From an uncultured delta proteobacterium (GTDB lineage Bacteria > Myxococcota > Myxococcia > Myxococcales > Myxococcaceae), in the NCBI GenBank assembly GCA_963771175.1, contig CAVYSY010000032.1, forward strand, positions 448,001 through 512,000: a stretch of 64,000 nt of DNA, read 5' to 3'. A model generated the notes under the pieces. It saw nothing but the letters and a program-made list of their open reading frames with translations, was not told the DNA's origin and searched no databases. Within the stretch, counting starts at the first letter, position 1. Each line of letters starts with the position of its first letter. The position numbers and the translations under genes were made by a program. Below, piece by piece: positions 53,269 through 64,000 of the stretch.

Positions 53269-54726
53269 GTGCACCTCGAAGAAGTCCACATCCAGCCGGT
53301 ATCGATGGACCGCTTCGATCCGCTCATTGGCCCGGAGCGGGCGGCGGAGCTGCATGCCGCGGTGGAGCTGGCCCGGCGGGTGCTCCACGGGCGCGTCGTC
53401 TTCAACGTGAACTCGACCGCCGTGGGCGGGGGGGTGGCGGAGATGCTGCAACCCCTCCTCTCCTACACACGCGGCGAGGGCATCGATACCCGTTGGCTCG
53501 TCATCCAGGGCAACGAGGACTTCTTCCGCATCACCAAGCGCCTGCACAACCGCTTCCACGGGGCGCCCGGGGACGGCGGGCCGCTCGGTGAGGCCGAGCG
53601 GGCCACCTACGAAACCGTCCTGAAGGAGAACGCGCTGGAGCTCTCGGCGCTCATCGCGCCCCGGGACATCGTGCTGCTGCACGATCCGCAGACCGCCGGG
53701 TTGATTCCCCTGTTGCGGCGCTTGGGGGTACTCGTGGTGTGGCGGAGCCACGTCGGGACCGAGCAGTGGAACGACTCCGTGCGCTCCGCCTGGAGCTTCC
53801 TCCGGCCGTACGTGGAACAGGCGTCGGCCGTCATCCTCACCCGCGCCGAGTACGCGCCGGACTGGCTGCGACACCCCGTCATCATCCCGCCCTCCATCGA
53901 TCCGTTCTCGGTGAAGAACGAACCGATGGCCGAGGAGACGGTCCGCGCCATCCTCTGCCGCGTGGGCATCCTGAGCGGGAATCCGGAGACGCCCGCCATC
54001 TACATCCACCGGGACGGAACACCCGGTCGCATCGACCACTACGCGGACCTGCTGCGCGCCGGACCACCGCCTTTGCCCGAAGTCCCACTGGTCGTGCAGG
54101 TGTCCCGGTGGGACCGGCTCAAGGACATGATTGGCGTCATGCACGGCTTCGCGCGCCGCGCTGGCACGCTCCTGGGCGCACACCTCGCGCTCGTGGGCCC
54201 GAACGTGAGCAGCGTCTCCGATGACCCCGAGGGCGCCTTGGTGCTCGGCGAGTGCACCGCGGCCTGGCGTGCGCTGCCACATGCCGTCCGGCGGCGCATC
54301 CAGCTCGTCTGTCTGCCGATGGTCGACCGGGACGAGAACGCGGCGATCGTCAACGCGCTCCAGCGGCACGCGACCGTCGTCGTGCAGAAGAGCCTCGCCG
54401 AGGGGTTCGGACTCACCATCGCGGAGGCCATGTGGAAGGCCCGCCCCGTCATCGGGAGCGCGGTCGGGGGCATCGTGGAGCAGATCGTGGATGGCGAGAG
54501 CGGGCTGCTGCTCGACCCGCCCACGGATCTGGACGCCTTCGGCGCGGCACTGGCGCGGTTGGTCTCGGACCGCTCCTTCGCCGAGCGGCTGGGGCAGAAC
54601 GCCCGTCAGCGGGTAATCGAGCACTTCATCGTGATCCGGCACCTCATCCAGTACGCGCGACTCTTCGACAGTCTGGAGCACGCGCAGCAGGCGCCGGAGA
54701 CCGCCGCGGGTAGCCCACCCTCGTGA
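53269..54726 (+). CDS. GT4 glycosyltransferase, TreT trehalose synthase-like
   Basis: VNSTAVGGGVAEML, HDPQTAGL, QVSRWDRLKD, QKSLAEGFGLTIAEAMWK. Confidence 0.85.
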   Translation: MHLEEVHIQPVSMDRFDPLIGPERAAELHAAVELARRVLHGRVVFNVNSTAVGGGVAEMLQPLLSYTRGEGIDTRWLVIQGNEDFFRITKRLHNRFHGAPGDGGPLGEAERATYETVLKENALELSALIAPRDIVLLHDPQTAGLIPLLRRLGVLVVWRSHVGTEQWNDSVRSAWSFLRPYVEQASAVILTRAEYAPDWLRHPVIIPPSIDPFSVKNEPMAEETVRAILCRVGILSGNPETPAIYIHRDGTPGRIDHYADLLRAGPPPLPEVPLVVQVSRWDRLKDMIGVMHGFARRAGTLLGAHLALVGPNVSSVSDDPEGALVLGECTAAWRALPHAVRRRIQLVCLPMVDRDENAAIVNALQRHATVVVQKSLAEGFGLTIAEAMWKARPVIGSAVGGIVEQIVDGESGLLLDPPTDLDAFGAALARLVSDRSFAERLGQNARQRVIEHFIVIRHLIQYARLFDSLEHAQQAPETAAGSPPS

Positions 54727-54749
54727 GCAGAGACGGCCCCGCGCCGCTG

Positions 54750-55556
54750 CTAATGCCGCCCCAATTCCCTGTCCCAGGCAGCCAACTGCACGGCCACCGT
54801 GTATTTCTCGGCGCTGGAGAGGTCGTCGAAGTCCTTCGGGGGAAGCGCGGAAAGGCGCTCGCGCAGGAAGTCCGGGTCGCTGAGCACCTCATGGTGCTTC
54901 AAGTCGTTGTCCCCCTCCACCAGGACAGGCATCAACCGGAGCACGGCCTCCTCGCACTCCTCGCGGGTGGCGCGAGCCATGCGCTCCACCGCCAGGGCCA
55001 TATGCTCGCGGACCAAGGCCGGGCCTCCGGGGCACCAGGCATCCAGGGTCTTGCGGTAGATGTCCGCTATGAGCTCGTCCAGCGTGTACTTCTGATCGAA
55101 CGACCAGAACGCATAGCGAGGGCCCTGGAGCACGTCCCAGAAGCGGAGCAGCGAGGCGAGCCGGTTCGCCATGCGTTCCGCGCTCCGCGGGGGGAGCGGA
55201 GACACGGTATAGTAGAGGGCCCCCCACGGGGTGCTCAGGCAGAAGGACTCAAAGGCCGCTTCAGTGCGTTGACGCTCCTCCTCCGGGACGCCTTCATTCA
55301 AGCCCATGAAGACGCTGGTGAACTTGTACATCCGCCAGCGCGGGCGGGGGGTTGGGTCGAAGTCGGCCCCCGAGTGCATCAACAGGACCTCGCCGGGCGG
55401 CACCTGGCGCATCTGCCGGGGCTGGGGAAAGGCACCGGTCTTGAGGTACTCCCGGGCCCACCAGCGGCCCTCGGCTATCAACTTGCGGAGGATGGCGGCG
55501 TTGGTGCTGTAGAGCATCGCTGGAAACTCGAGCACCGGGGAGTGTTCCGTGTTCAT
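54750..55556 (-). CDS. Hypothetical protein, candidate immunity partner
   Basis: 268-aa ORF downstream of the nuclease-like gene; no motif recognised. Confidence 0.6.
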   Translation of the reverse strand: MNTEHSPVLEFPAMLYSTNAAILRKLIAEGRWWAREYLKTGAFPQPRQMRQVPPGEVLLMHSGADFDPTPRPRWRMYKFTSVFMGLNEGVPEEERQRTEAAFESFCLSTPWGALYYTVSPLPPRSAERMANRLASLLRFWDVLQGPRYAFWSFDQKYTLDELIADIYRKTLDAWCPGGPALVREHMALAVERMARATREECEEAVLRLMPVLVEGDNDLKHHEVLSDPDFLRERLSALPPKDFDDLSSAEKYTVAVQLAAWDRELGRH

Positions 55557-55643
55557 GGCTTTTCGCCCTACCACAGAGGTCAGATGCTCCTCAAGCGACA
55601 GGCACTTCGCTCACTCCGAGGGCGGCGGATGCCTCCTGCCCGC

Positions 55644-56370
55644 TCAGCGGCAGTCCACAGGCAGGTAGACTTGGCCCTGGAAGCCCTTGGGGCTTTCGCC
55701 CCCTTCATAGGCAGCCCGGATCGCCTGCGCGGCCAACTCACCGCGCTGCTCTATTTCTTCCCCGGGCAACTTCTCTTCCTTCTGGGCCGCCCGCTCCTTC
55801 CAGGAAGCATGGGGCTGCTTGCGCCGGTAGCTCCAGCGATACAGTGTCACTCCGGGCTCTGGCGTGCGCCAGGACAACTGCCAGAGTGCTCCCCCGTTCT
55901 CGAATTCGAGGAAGAGCGACCCCTCGAAGCCGGTGCCTCCCATGAGCTTATTGTCAGGCTCGACGGCCTCATTCAGTGCCGCCAGGTAGCGCCCCGCCTG
56001 TTCTCTCCCTTCCACGCGCGACTGCTCATTGTCCGGCTTGAGCTCGAACAGCACGAAGAGACGGGTATCGGTGATGTCCGGGCGCAAGCGCCTCACGAAC
56101 TCTGAAAGACGCTCGGGGTCCCCCAACTTCCCCTCCTTTACAATGTCGTAGAGGTTGACGGTGTCGAGGAAGACGCGGTTGGTGGGATGCTGCACGCTGT
56201 ACGCTCTGCCAATGGCGTAATGTGCGGCCTTGCCAAGAAAAGCGCCCCAGGGCTCCCTGGAGTCCGGCTGACGGCCAGGGAGCTTGTAGGAGGGCGGCTC
56301 CGCCTGGGCGCCGAGGGCCGCCACGAGCACCAGGAGAAAACCCGCCAGCCCCAAGGTGCTCCTGCTTCAT
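55644..56370 (-). CDS. Exported protein with PD-(D/E)xK restriction-endonuclease-like motifs
   Basis: GKAAH...RLRPDITD...LFELKP...QAGRYL; start is either TTG 56354 or ATG 56370 with a 1-nt indel giving signal MKRSTLGLAGFLLVLVAALGAQA. Confidence 0.55.
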
Positions 56371-56466
56371 GTCCAACAGGCTCCTCCCGGTGCGGTGTAA
56401 GGATGGGGAGGGAACCATGAGGGGCTGACATGCCGATGACGACCGTGGGCCTTGTCGAGGGACGGG

Positions 56467-58753
56467 CTACACGTAGCCGAAGCGGCGGCGCAGGAACCAC
56501 TCGGCGCCCAGCAGGCCCACCAGCGCCATCAGGTAGTACCACCGGTCCCACAGCGGCTTGTCCTTCGCCCGGCCCACCTCCACCACCGGCGGGTCCAGCA
56601 GCGGCACGTCATCCGGCAGCCCGTCCATCGGCAGCCGGTACGACTTGCCCCCGGTGTACTTCGCGATCTGCTCCATGAGCGCCGGCCGCACCGAGGCGTC
56701 CGACAGCTCCGGGCCCACCGCTCGCACCGCCACCGCGTCCTCGCCCTTGCCCAGGTCCGTCTCGCCCTTCTTCGCCGTGGCCACCAGCTTGTACGGGCCC
56801 GGTGCCGGCGGAGCGAACTCCAGCCGCACCACGCCATCCGGCCCCGTCTGCCCCACCTGCACCGCCACCGGCTTCTGCGTGTCCACCGACACCAGTTCCA
56901 CCCGCACCTGCGCGTCCTGCGCCGGCTGGTAGTCCGACGTCCTCGACGACACCACCACGCCCACCGGCTTGCCCGGCTCCACCGACGGCGGATCCGCCGT
57001 CACGTTCAGCGTCGTCAGGTCAGGGTCTCTCACGAGCCAGCGCAGCGCGTTGCCCCAGAACCGGTCATAGGTGCGGCTGGGCGAGCCCTGCTTGTGCGAC
57101 GTGAAGGCCCAGTACCAGCTCGCGTCCGTCGCCATCACCAGCGCCCGGCCCCGGCCGTAGTCCCACACCGCCACCAGCGGCGCGTTCTTCCCGTCCACCG
57201 TCATGTGCGGGTGGTCCATCAGCACCGTCGCCCCCGGCTTCGCCCGCGTCTGGTTCGCGCCCGGAATCGCCGGCAGCTCCGCCCACGCAACCTCCGTGCT
57301 CGCTCCTCCCGAGGCCATCGCCGTCACCGGGTGACGCATCCCCTCGGGCGTCAGGCGCGCCTTGAAGGGCTCGGCGTTGGCCGGGCCCGCGCCCTCCACT
57401 GGCAGCGCCTCGTACAGCGTGGGCATGCTCGCGCGGCCCTCGCCCAGCACCGCGTCCCCGCCAATCAGCACCAACGCTCCGCCGTTGTGGACGTAGCGCT
57501 CCAGGTTGCGCTCGTACTGGGCAATCGACAGCGACTGATCCGCGTAGCCGAAGTTCTGGAAGATGACGACGTCGAAGGTGTCCAGCTTCGTGTCGAAGAT
57601 CTCCTCCATCGGGAACGGAATGAGCGACAGCTCGCGCTCCTGGCTCACCACGCCCGGGTCATCCGACATGGTCCGCAGGATGTAGAAGGACACCAGGTCC
57701 ACGTTGGCGTCCTGGCGCAGCAGGCCGCGCAGGAAGCGCTCGTCCCACGAGGGCCGGCCCACCACCAGCAGCACGCGCACGCGGTCGCGAATCACCTTCA
57801 GCACGAAGGAGCGGGTGTTGTTGTCCCCCACCGCCTCGTCCGGGAAGACGGGCATGCTCACCGTGTAGACGAAGCGCCCCGTCTGGTCCGGCGTGAAGGT
57901 GAAGCCCACCGGCTTCACGTCGTCCGAGGACTCGAAGCGCACCGACTTGCTCGCCACCACCTTGCCTTCCTGCTTCAGCACCACCGGCACGTCCTGGCCC
58001 GAGAAGCCCCGGCCGTGCACCTCCACCTCCACGGTGATGGAGTTGCGCACGAAGGCGAAGTCGTCCACCTTCACCCGCTCGACGGCCAGGTCCTTCAGCG
58101 CCTCCTTGCCCACGAGGAAGGTGGACACCGGCACGTCCAGGTCCGCCAGCGCCGCGCGCGCCCGGCCCACCGCCCCGCCCGCCAGCTCCACGTTGTCCGC
58201 GCCGTCACTCACCAGCAGGATGCCGCCCAGCTTCTTCGTGCCCTGCGCCCCCGCTCCCGCCGAGCGCAGCGCCGACAGCAGGTCCGACGTGCCCGCCCGC
58301 GCCGGCTCCTTCGCCAGCGCCTCGGCCGTGGTGGGCGACAGCTCCGGGTCGAAGCCGTACACCTCCACGGTGTAGCGGTCCTGCAGCGCCGCCAGCCCCG
58401 GCGCGGCCTTCTCCAGGAAGGAGGCCACCTGCGCCGAGCGCGTCATGCCCCCCGGCTCCACCGGGAAGTTCATCGAGGCCGAGCGGTCCACCAGCACCGC
58501 CACCCGGTTCTTCATCCGCGCCACCTGGAGGTTGCGGATGCCGGGCTCGAGCAGGAAGAAGAGCGCCGCCACGCCCGCGCCCGCGCGCAGCGCCCACAGC
58601 GCCCAGCGCCGCCAGCGCGAGGGCTCGCGCCGCACGCCCCACGCGGCCAGTCCCACGCCGAGCGCCAGCGCCCACGCCCAGCAGCACCAGCGCCCAGACG
58701 GGCAGCGGCGAGAGGCTGACGAGCTTCCAGGCATTGAAGGGAGTGGTGTCCAT
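56467..58753 (-). CDS. vWA / class I glutamine-amidotransferase-like membrane protein (apparent frameshift near 58680)
   Basis: VLVDRSASM, LLVSDGADN, GRPSWDERFLR, GGALVLIGG, C-terminal AEWFLRRRFG. Confidence 0.8.
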
Positions 58754-58774
58754 GAAGGGGGCGAGGGCCTCGGG

Positions 58775-59534
58775 TCAGCGACGCTTGTTGAGGATGAGGG
58801 GCAGGTGGACGGCGTCGTCCTTGTAGTCCAGGCAGAGGGCGTACATGCACAGGTTGATGCCCAGCCGGATGGCCAGCTCGCGCTGGGGCTCGCCGCCCGG
58901 GGAGACGTCGAACTCGTAGTCGCCCGCCTCGCTCGCGGCTCCACGCGCCCGCCACGTCGTTCTGCGAGTACATCACCGCCGCGCGCTTGCCGAGGTTGGC
59001 CGCCAGCAACTGTGGCTTGTTGAGCAACCGGCCCGGCGCCGAGTCCAGCAGGAAGAAGCTCTTGAAGACGACGTGGGTGGAGGGCACCGGGGCGAGCGGG
59101 CTCTGCGGCAGCACGCGCGCCATCTCGCGGCGGAAGCTGGCGTCGAAGCCGTCCCCGTCGCTGCCGTCGTTGGCGTCCGCCAGGAGGAAGCCGCCGAAGG
59201 TGAGGTAGCGCCGGAGGTTCTCCACCTCCGCGTCGCTGAAGGGCGGAAAGCCCCCGTCCCCGCCCAGGTAGAGGAAGGGGTACTCGAAGAGGTCCGGGCT
59301 GGAGAGCGCGAAGGGGCGCGCGTCCGGCACCACCTCCACCGAGGTGCGCCGCTGCAGCTCCCACGCAATCCGTCGGAGGCCGGACAGCCGGGCGTCCCAG
59401 CGGCCGCCGTGCCGGGCCACGGCGGGGATGAAGCGGCTCTTCTCTCCGAAGGCGGACGCACGTCCAGCCAGCAGCGGGACGAGCGCCGCGCTGCCGAGCA
59501 AGAGGTGTCGACGGCTGAGGGGGCGCGGGGGCAT
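58775..59534 (-). CDS. DUF4159 domain protein with Tat-like signal (apparent frameshift near 58935)
   Basis: LSRRHLL, YPFLYLGG, NLRRYLTFGGFL, LGINLCMYALCLDYKDDAVH. Confidence 0.82.
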
Positions 59535-59589
59535 GGGGTTTCTATATACCGTCGACGCGCCCTTGCATTCCCCGCTATAGAGGTCCCCC

Positions 59590-59851
59590 ATGGCGAAAGG
59601 CGGACAGACGCCGAGAGATCCTGCTTCCCCCCGGATGCAGGCGGCGTGGAAGCTCAAGGAATCGGGGGACGTGGTCGCGGCGCGCCGCGAGGCCGAGCGC
59701 ATCCTGGCGGACACTCCCAGCCCGGACGACAAGGCCCAGGCCGAGGAGCTGCTGCGCCGCAGCCATCACGCCCCCCGTCCTCTACGGCTTCGCGGCCCTG
59801 GCCGCCTTCATCCTCGTGCTGCTCGTGGTGCTCGCCACCACGCGCTACTAG
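59590..59851 (+). CDS. Small protein with C-terminal TM helix (apparent frameshift near 59762)
   Basis: GAGG RBS; helical N-terminal part; TM LYGFAALAAFILVLLVVLA in a shifted frame. Confidence 0.55.
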
Positions 59852-59860
59852 GGGCTCGTC

Positions 59861-60585
59861 GTGGACACGTACCTCCAGGCCCTCAAGGCCTACCAGACCT
59901 TCAATCCCTCCGGCTGGGTGGCCATCTACCGGCTGCTCCCCATGTGGGCCGGCATCGTGTGCGTGCGTGGTGGGGCTCGCCCTGCTGCTCTTCGGCGGCG
60001 AGGTCGCCTCTTCCGAGTGATCGCCGGCCCCATGGGCGCGCTCATCGGCCTGGGCTGGACGGGCGTGCTGACGGCGAAGCTCGGCCTCACCGCTGGACCC
60101 GCGCCTGCCCACGGCCGCCGCCGCGGTGCTCGCGGTGCTGGGCTTCGTCTTCCCCCCGGCCATCGTCTACGTCGGCGTGGGCATCCCCATGGGGCTGCTC
60201 GGCGGGGAGATCGCCGGGCCTAGCGACTTCCTGTTCGGCTTCGCGCCGGGCCTCATCCTCGGCGGGCCTGGTGGCGGTGTTGCTGCACCGGCAGGTGTCC
60301 GCCATCCTCGCCTCCGTGCTGGGCGCGTGGCTGCTCGTCATCGGCGCGCTGGCGGCCCTGCACCCGTTCGGCGGCATCGTCACCGCCATGGCCAGCCAGC
60401 CCTGGGGACGTCATCATCGCCGCGGGCCTCTTCGCCATCGCCGGGCAGCGTCTACCAGATCGCCGTCCGGCCCTCGCCCGAGGAGGCCGGAGCGCCAGCA
60501 GGCCGAGCGCGAGCGGTTGAAGCTGCGCGAAGGCCGAGCAGCGGCCGCTGGAGAAGCGCTGGGGCGCCGAGTGGGCGCGGGATAG
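59861..60585 (+). CDS. Polytopic membrane protein (several apparent frameshifts)
   Basis: Gly-rich hydrophobic helices continuing across frames. Confidence 0.55.
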
Positions 60586-60674
60586 ACCAGCGCAGAGAGT
60601 CATCCTTTACCTCCACCGGGGCCGGCGCATACATTCCGCGCCCCCTTCCACCCCCCCCGGGACGAGCGACACCG

Positions 60675-61503
60675 ATGGGCCAGGCCAGACGCAAGGAGAA
60701 GAACCTCGAGGTGACAGGAGCCCCAGCGCTCCGAGGCGCGAAGGCGCTCCCTCGGAGGCCCCGACTCCCGAGCCCTGGAAGAAGCCCGCGGGGACTCTCC
60801 GCCGGGGCTGGGCGGTGCTCGCCGCCGTCATCCTCTTCATCCAGTTCCCCCTCATCCACTACGCCCTGCTCCGGGGCGAGGCGCGACACCACCGCCACCG
60901 TGCCCTACAGCCAGGACTTCGCGGACCCGGGCGTGGTGCAGCGCGACTTCTTCTCCACCGGCGGCCACTGGCGCGTGGTGGACGGGCAGCTCCTCTCGCC
61001 CGGCGTGAAGAACAACCCGCTGTGGCTCCAGGCGAAGCTGCCTCGCGACGTGGCCGTCGAGTTCGACGTGCGCTCCGAGTCCCCCGAGGGCGACATCAAG
61101 GTGGAGCTCTTCGGCGACGGCACGGACCACGCCTCCGGGTACGTCTTCATCCACGGCGGGTGGAACAACTCGCTGTCCATCATCGCGCGGCTGGACGAGC
61201 ACGGGGCCTCGCTGGAGTCGCTCCAGCGGCGGGCGGGCGGCAAGGGTCTGGTGGAGACGGGCGTCTTCCGCCAGGACACGCACATGCGCGTGGAGGCCCG
61301 AGCCCTACCCGGTGGAGATCGGTCGCACCTATCACTGGCGTATCGAGCGCCGGGGCTCGCTGATACGCTGGTTCATTGATGGCAAGCCGTTCATGCAGTT
61401 CGATGACCCCCTCCCGCTCGAGGGAAAGGGTCATGATCGCTTCGGGTTCTCCAGTTGGGAGGCCCAGCTCTTCTTCGACAACCTGAAGATCGAGCCGCTG
61501 TGA
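60675..61503 (+). CDS. Membrane-anchored protein with concanavalin-like beta-sandwich (several apparent frameshifts)
   Basis: TM helix, then WRVVDGQL, VEFDVRS, GYVFIHGGWNN, FDNLKIEPL. Confidence 0.6.
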
Positions 61504-61548
61504 GCCGGGTAACGGCCAGCGGCGATATTCAGGACCAGGGGTAACAAC

Positions 61549-63139
61549 GTGCGCAGAGTCGGAATCTTCGGCTGGGGCGTCGTCGCGCCCCGCTCGCGGA
61601 ACATCGAGCCTTCGAGCGCAACCTCGCGTCAGCGAGAGCTGGCTGACTCCCTTCGAGCGGCTTCGGTCCCGACAACTTCCTCGTCGGCAAGCCGGACTTC
61701 GACTTCGCCGAGTACAAGCCCTGGATCGACGAGCGCTTCCCCGCCAACCGCTTCCCCCAGCTCGAGAAGAAGATGGGCATGCCGACGAAGTACGCGATCG
61801 GCGCCTTCATCCAGGCGCTGCGGCCAGAACCCGGGCCTGGAGCAGGAGCTGCAGGCGCTGGGGCACCCGCGCCCACGTCTACGTCGGCACCGGCCTGGGC
61901 GACCTGCCGCACCATCCACGACAGTCGCCGCTGGACCTGCACCGCGCCCAGCGGCGGTGGGACCGCTTCTGGGCCGCGCCCGAGCGCAACAGCGCCCTCG
62001 CGCCGCTGGCCGGCAGACGCGCGAGCCGCTGCCGGAGCCTGCCGCCCGAGCCCTCCGACGCGTGGACGAGGCCGACCGCGACGAGGCCGAGGAGCGCCTG
62101 GTGGCACTTCTGGGCCGGCCGCTCCCCGAGCTGCGCGAGTACCTCGCCGAGCTGCAGGAGATCGAGGCCTCGGCGTCGAGGGCGACGTGGAGACCGCCAA
62201 GCTCGGCCGTGATCAAGGAGAAGCGGACGCGCAACCAGCGCCTGCAGAAGAAGTGGGGCGCCCCGGAGCCGCCCTGGAACGAGGTGTCCGTCCGAACCTG
62301 CTCTGGAACATCCACAACACCGCCGGCCTCGCAGATCTCGATGCTGGGCCGCATCACGCGGCATGACGTTCGCGCCGGTGGCGGCCTGCTCCACGTTCGG
62401 CTACGGGCTGAAGCTGGCGATCGACGCCATCCGCCGGGGCGAGGCGAAGGCGGTGGTGCTGGGCGCATCACCGATCCGCCGCCGCACGCCGCTCACGGTG
62501 GGCGGCTTCTACAACGCGCGCGTGGTGACCGCGCGGACGGCGCGGTGTCCAAGCCGCTCACCGGCCTGCGCGGCACGCACGTCGCCGGCGGCTCGGTGGT
62601 GTGGATCGTCGGCGACCTCGAGTACTTCACCGCCAAGGGCTTCCAGCCGCTGGGCATGGAGCCGCTCGCCGTGGGCGTCACCTCGGACGCCGACCACATC
62701 ATCACGCCCTCGAAGGAGGGCCCGATCACCGTGGCGATCCGCGAGGCCCTCGGCCGCGGGCGCGGCGCCCGCCCGAGGACGTGGGGAGCTGGGACCTGCA
62801 CGCCACCGCCACCCCGGGCGACTACCTGGAGGTGGAGACGCTGCGCGCGCGTGCTGCCGGAGACGGTGCTGGTCACCGCGCGCAAGGGCACCTTCGGCCA
62901 CGGCATGGGCGCCGGCGGCGGCTGGGAGCTGACGGCGCAGTACCTCGGCTACGCCCGGGGCAAGGTGTTCCCCACCCCGCTCACCGAGGCCGAGCTCAAC
63001 CCGGAGATCGGCCGCGTCCACGAGCCGCTTCGTCTTCGACCAGGGCTGCGCCGCGCCCGCAGGGCTCGCCGGCAAGCTCTCCATGGGCGTGGGCGGCATC
63101 AACGCCTGCGTCATCTCGCGCCCCTGGGGCGCGAAGTAG
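61549..63139 (+). CDS. Beta-ketoacyl synthase (FabF-like), many apparent frameshifts
   Basis: AACSTF, SDADHIITPS, DLHATATP, KGTFGHGMG, SMGVGGINAC. Confidence 0.8.
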
Positions 63140-63254
63140 GACCCCGACCGCCGCGCCTCCTCCGGGCAGGCGCTGGCGGAATCCCCGCAGCCGCCGCAGC
63201 AAGGAGCCGGGCCTCACCACGCCGGGCTCCTGAAGAGCGGGTCTACCCCGGCGC

Positions 63255-63989
63255 CTAATCGATGTGCACGGTGTCGCCGACGATGCGCACCCTGTCGAGG
63301 GTGATGCCCATCATCTGCCCCAACAGGTCCTTCGCCAGCTCGCGGGCCGTCTTCATCTGCTCCGGACGCCCCTTGTCACGCCCCTCGTTGTAGAGGCCGA
63401 GGATGAGGGTGCCCGAGAGCACCACCGACTCGTACATCTCCTGCTTCTCCCGGTCGGACATGCGCCGCTCCTTGAGACCCATGGCGATGGCGGCGTTGAC
63501 CTGCTCCAGCATGCTCTCCTGCTGCGCCTCGGACAGCTCCTGGCCGTTCTTGAGGGCGTAGTAGGAGGTGATGAAGAGGAAGTTGAAGGCACCGGCGAGG
63601 TTGTTCTTCAGCCGCTGCTCATCGTTGTCCTCGAGGAGCTGGTCGTACCCCTTGAGCAGCTCCAGGAGGGCGCCCTCCAGCTCCTGACGATGCTCCACGT
63701 CGAGGTCCTGGATGCTGGCCGCCACCCGCTTGTGGATGACGGGAGCGCTCACGGAGCGGAACGACGACACCGAGAGCGGCAGCTTCTCCGGTGCGACCGT
63801 GGCGTCCGACTGCTGCCCACCGGCCGCCCCCCGCCACTGCTTCTGGAAGGCCTGTTTGAGGTTGCCGTTGACGAAGGAGCCGCTGTTGTACTGCCTGTAT
63901 GGGCTGGACTGCGCGCCCGCATCCCCGGCCGAAACGAGCAGGACGCATCCCGCTGCGATGGCCAGGACCATCCTGGAAACTTTGTTCAT
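63255..63989 (-). CDS. Secreted hypothetical protein (DUF6683-like)
   Basis: Signal ending AGA-Q; NNLAGA and SDREKQEMYE motifs; GGAGG RBS. Confidence 0.65.
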   Translation of the reverse strand: MNKVSRMVLAIAAGCVLLVSAGDAGAQSSPYRQYNSGSFVNGNLKQAFQKQWRGAAGGQQSDATVAPEKLPLSVSSFRSVSAPVIHKRVAASIQDLDVEHRQELEGALLELLKGYDQLLEDNDEQRLKNNLAGAFNFLFITSYYALKNGQELSEAQQESMLEQVNAAIAMGLKERRMSDREKQEMYESVVLSGTLILGLYNEGRDKGRPEQMKTARELAKDLLGQMMGITLDRVRIVGDTVHID

Positions 63990-64000
63990 GTCCCCCTCCA

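Noticed and set aside
56467..59364. 965-aa ORF spanning the DUF4159 and GATase-like genes
   Set aside because: Artefact of indels near 58935 and 58680; these are two separate genes

Overview
High-GC bacterial DNA whose gene content points to a myxobacterium (Archangium/Cystobacter-like; inferred from Ser/Thr kinase-TPR/PEGA genes, DUF4159/GATase genes and many PAS kinases and lipoproteins). It holds about 55 protein-coding genes; I found no rRNA, tRNA or CRISPR array. Recognisable genes include an alkyl-DHAP-synthase-like oxidoreductase plus glpD, a D-amino acid oxidase, a DUF62 SAM hydrolase, an APC permease, a porin-acs-DUF485-actP acetate operon, an Eis-type GNAT, htpG, an orphan amino-DNA methyltransferase, sodC, a TreT-like glycosyltransferase and a ketosynthase. 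Many genes carry small indels, most likely long-read or MAG consensus errors. Best leads: (1) a Pseudomonas-type cbrX-cbrA-cbrB locus, with GTTAC boxes and a sigma54 -24/-12 element in front of the nearby acetate operon, suggesting CbrAB wired to acetate uptake rather than to CrcZ; (2) a Ser/Thr kinase / TPR-PEGA / Cys-rich lipoprotein / PstS-like operon with no ABC permease, preceded by two Pho-box-like TGTCAC-N5-TGTCAC repeats; (3) two candidate effector/immunity modules, one papain/C39-like and one PD-(D/E)xK-like. All family assignments come from motif recognition by eye; no database search was run.
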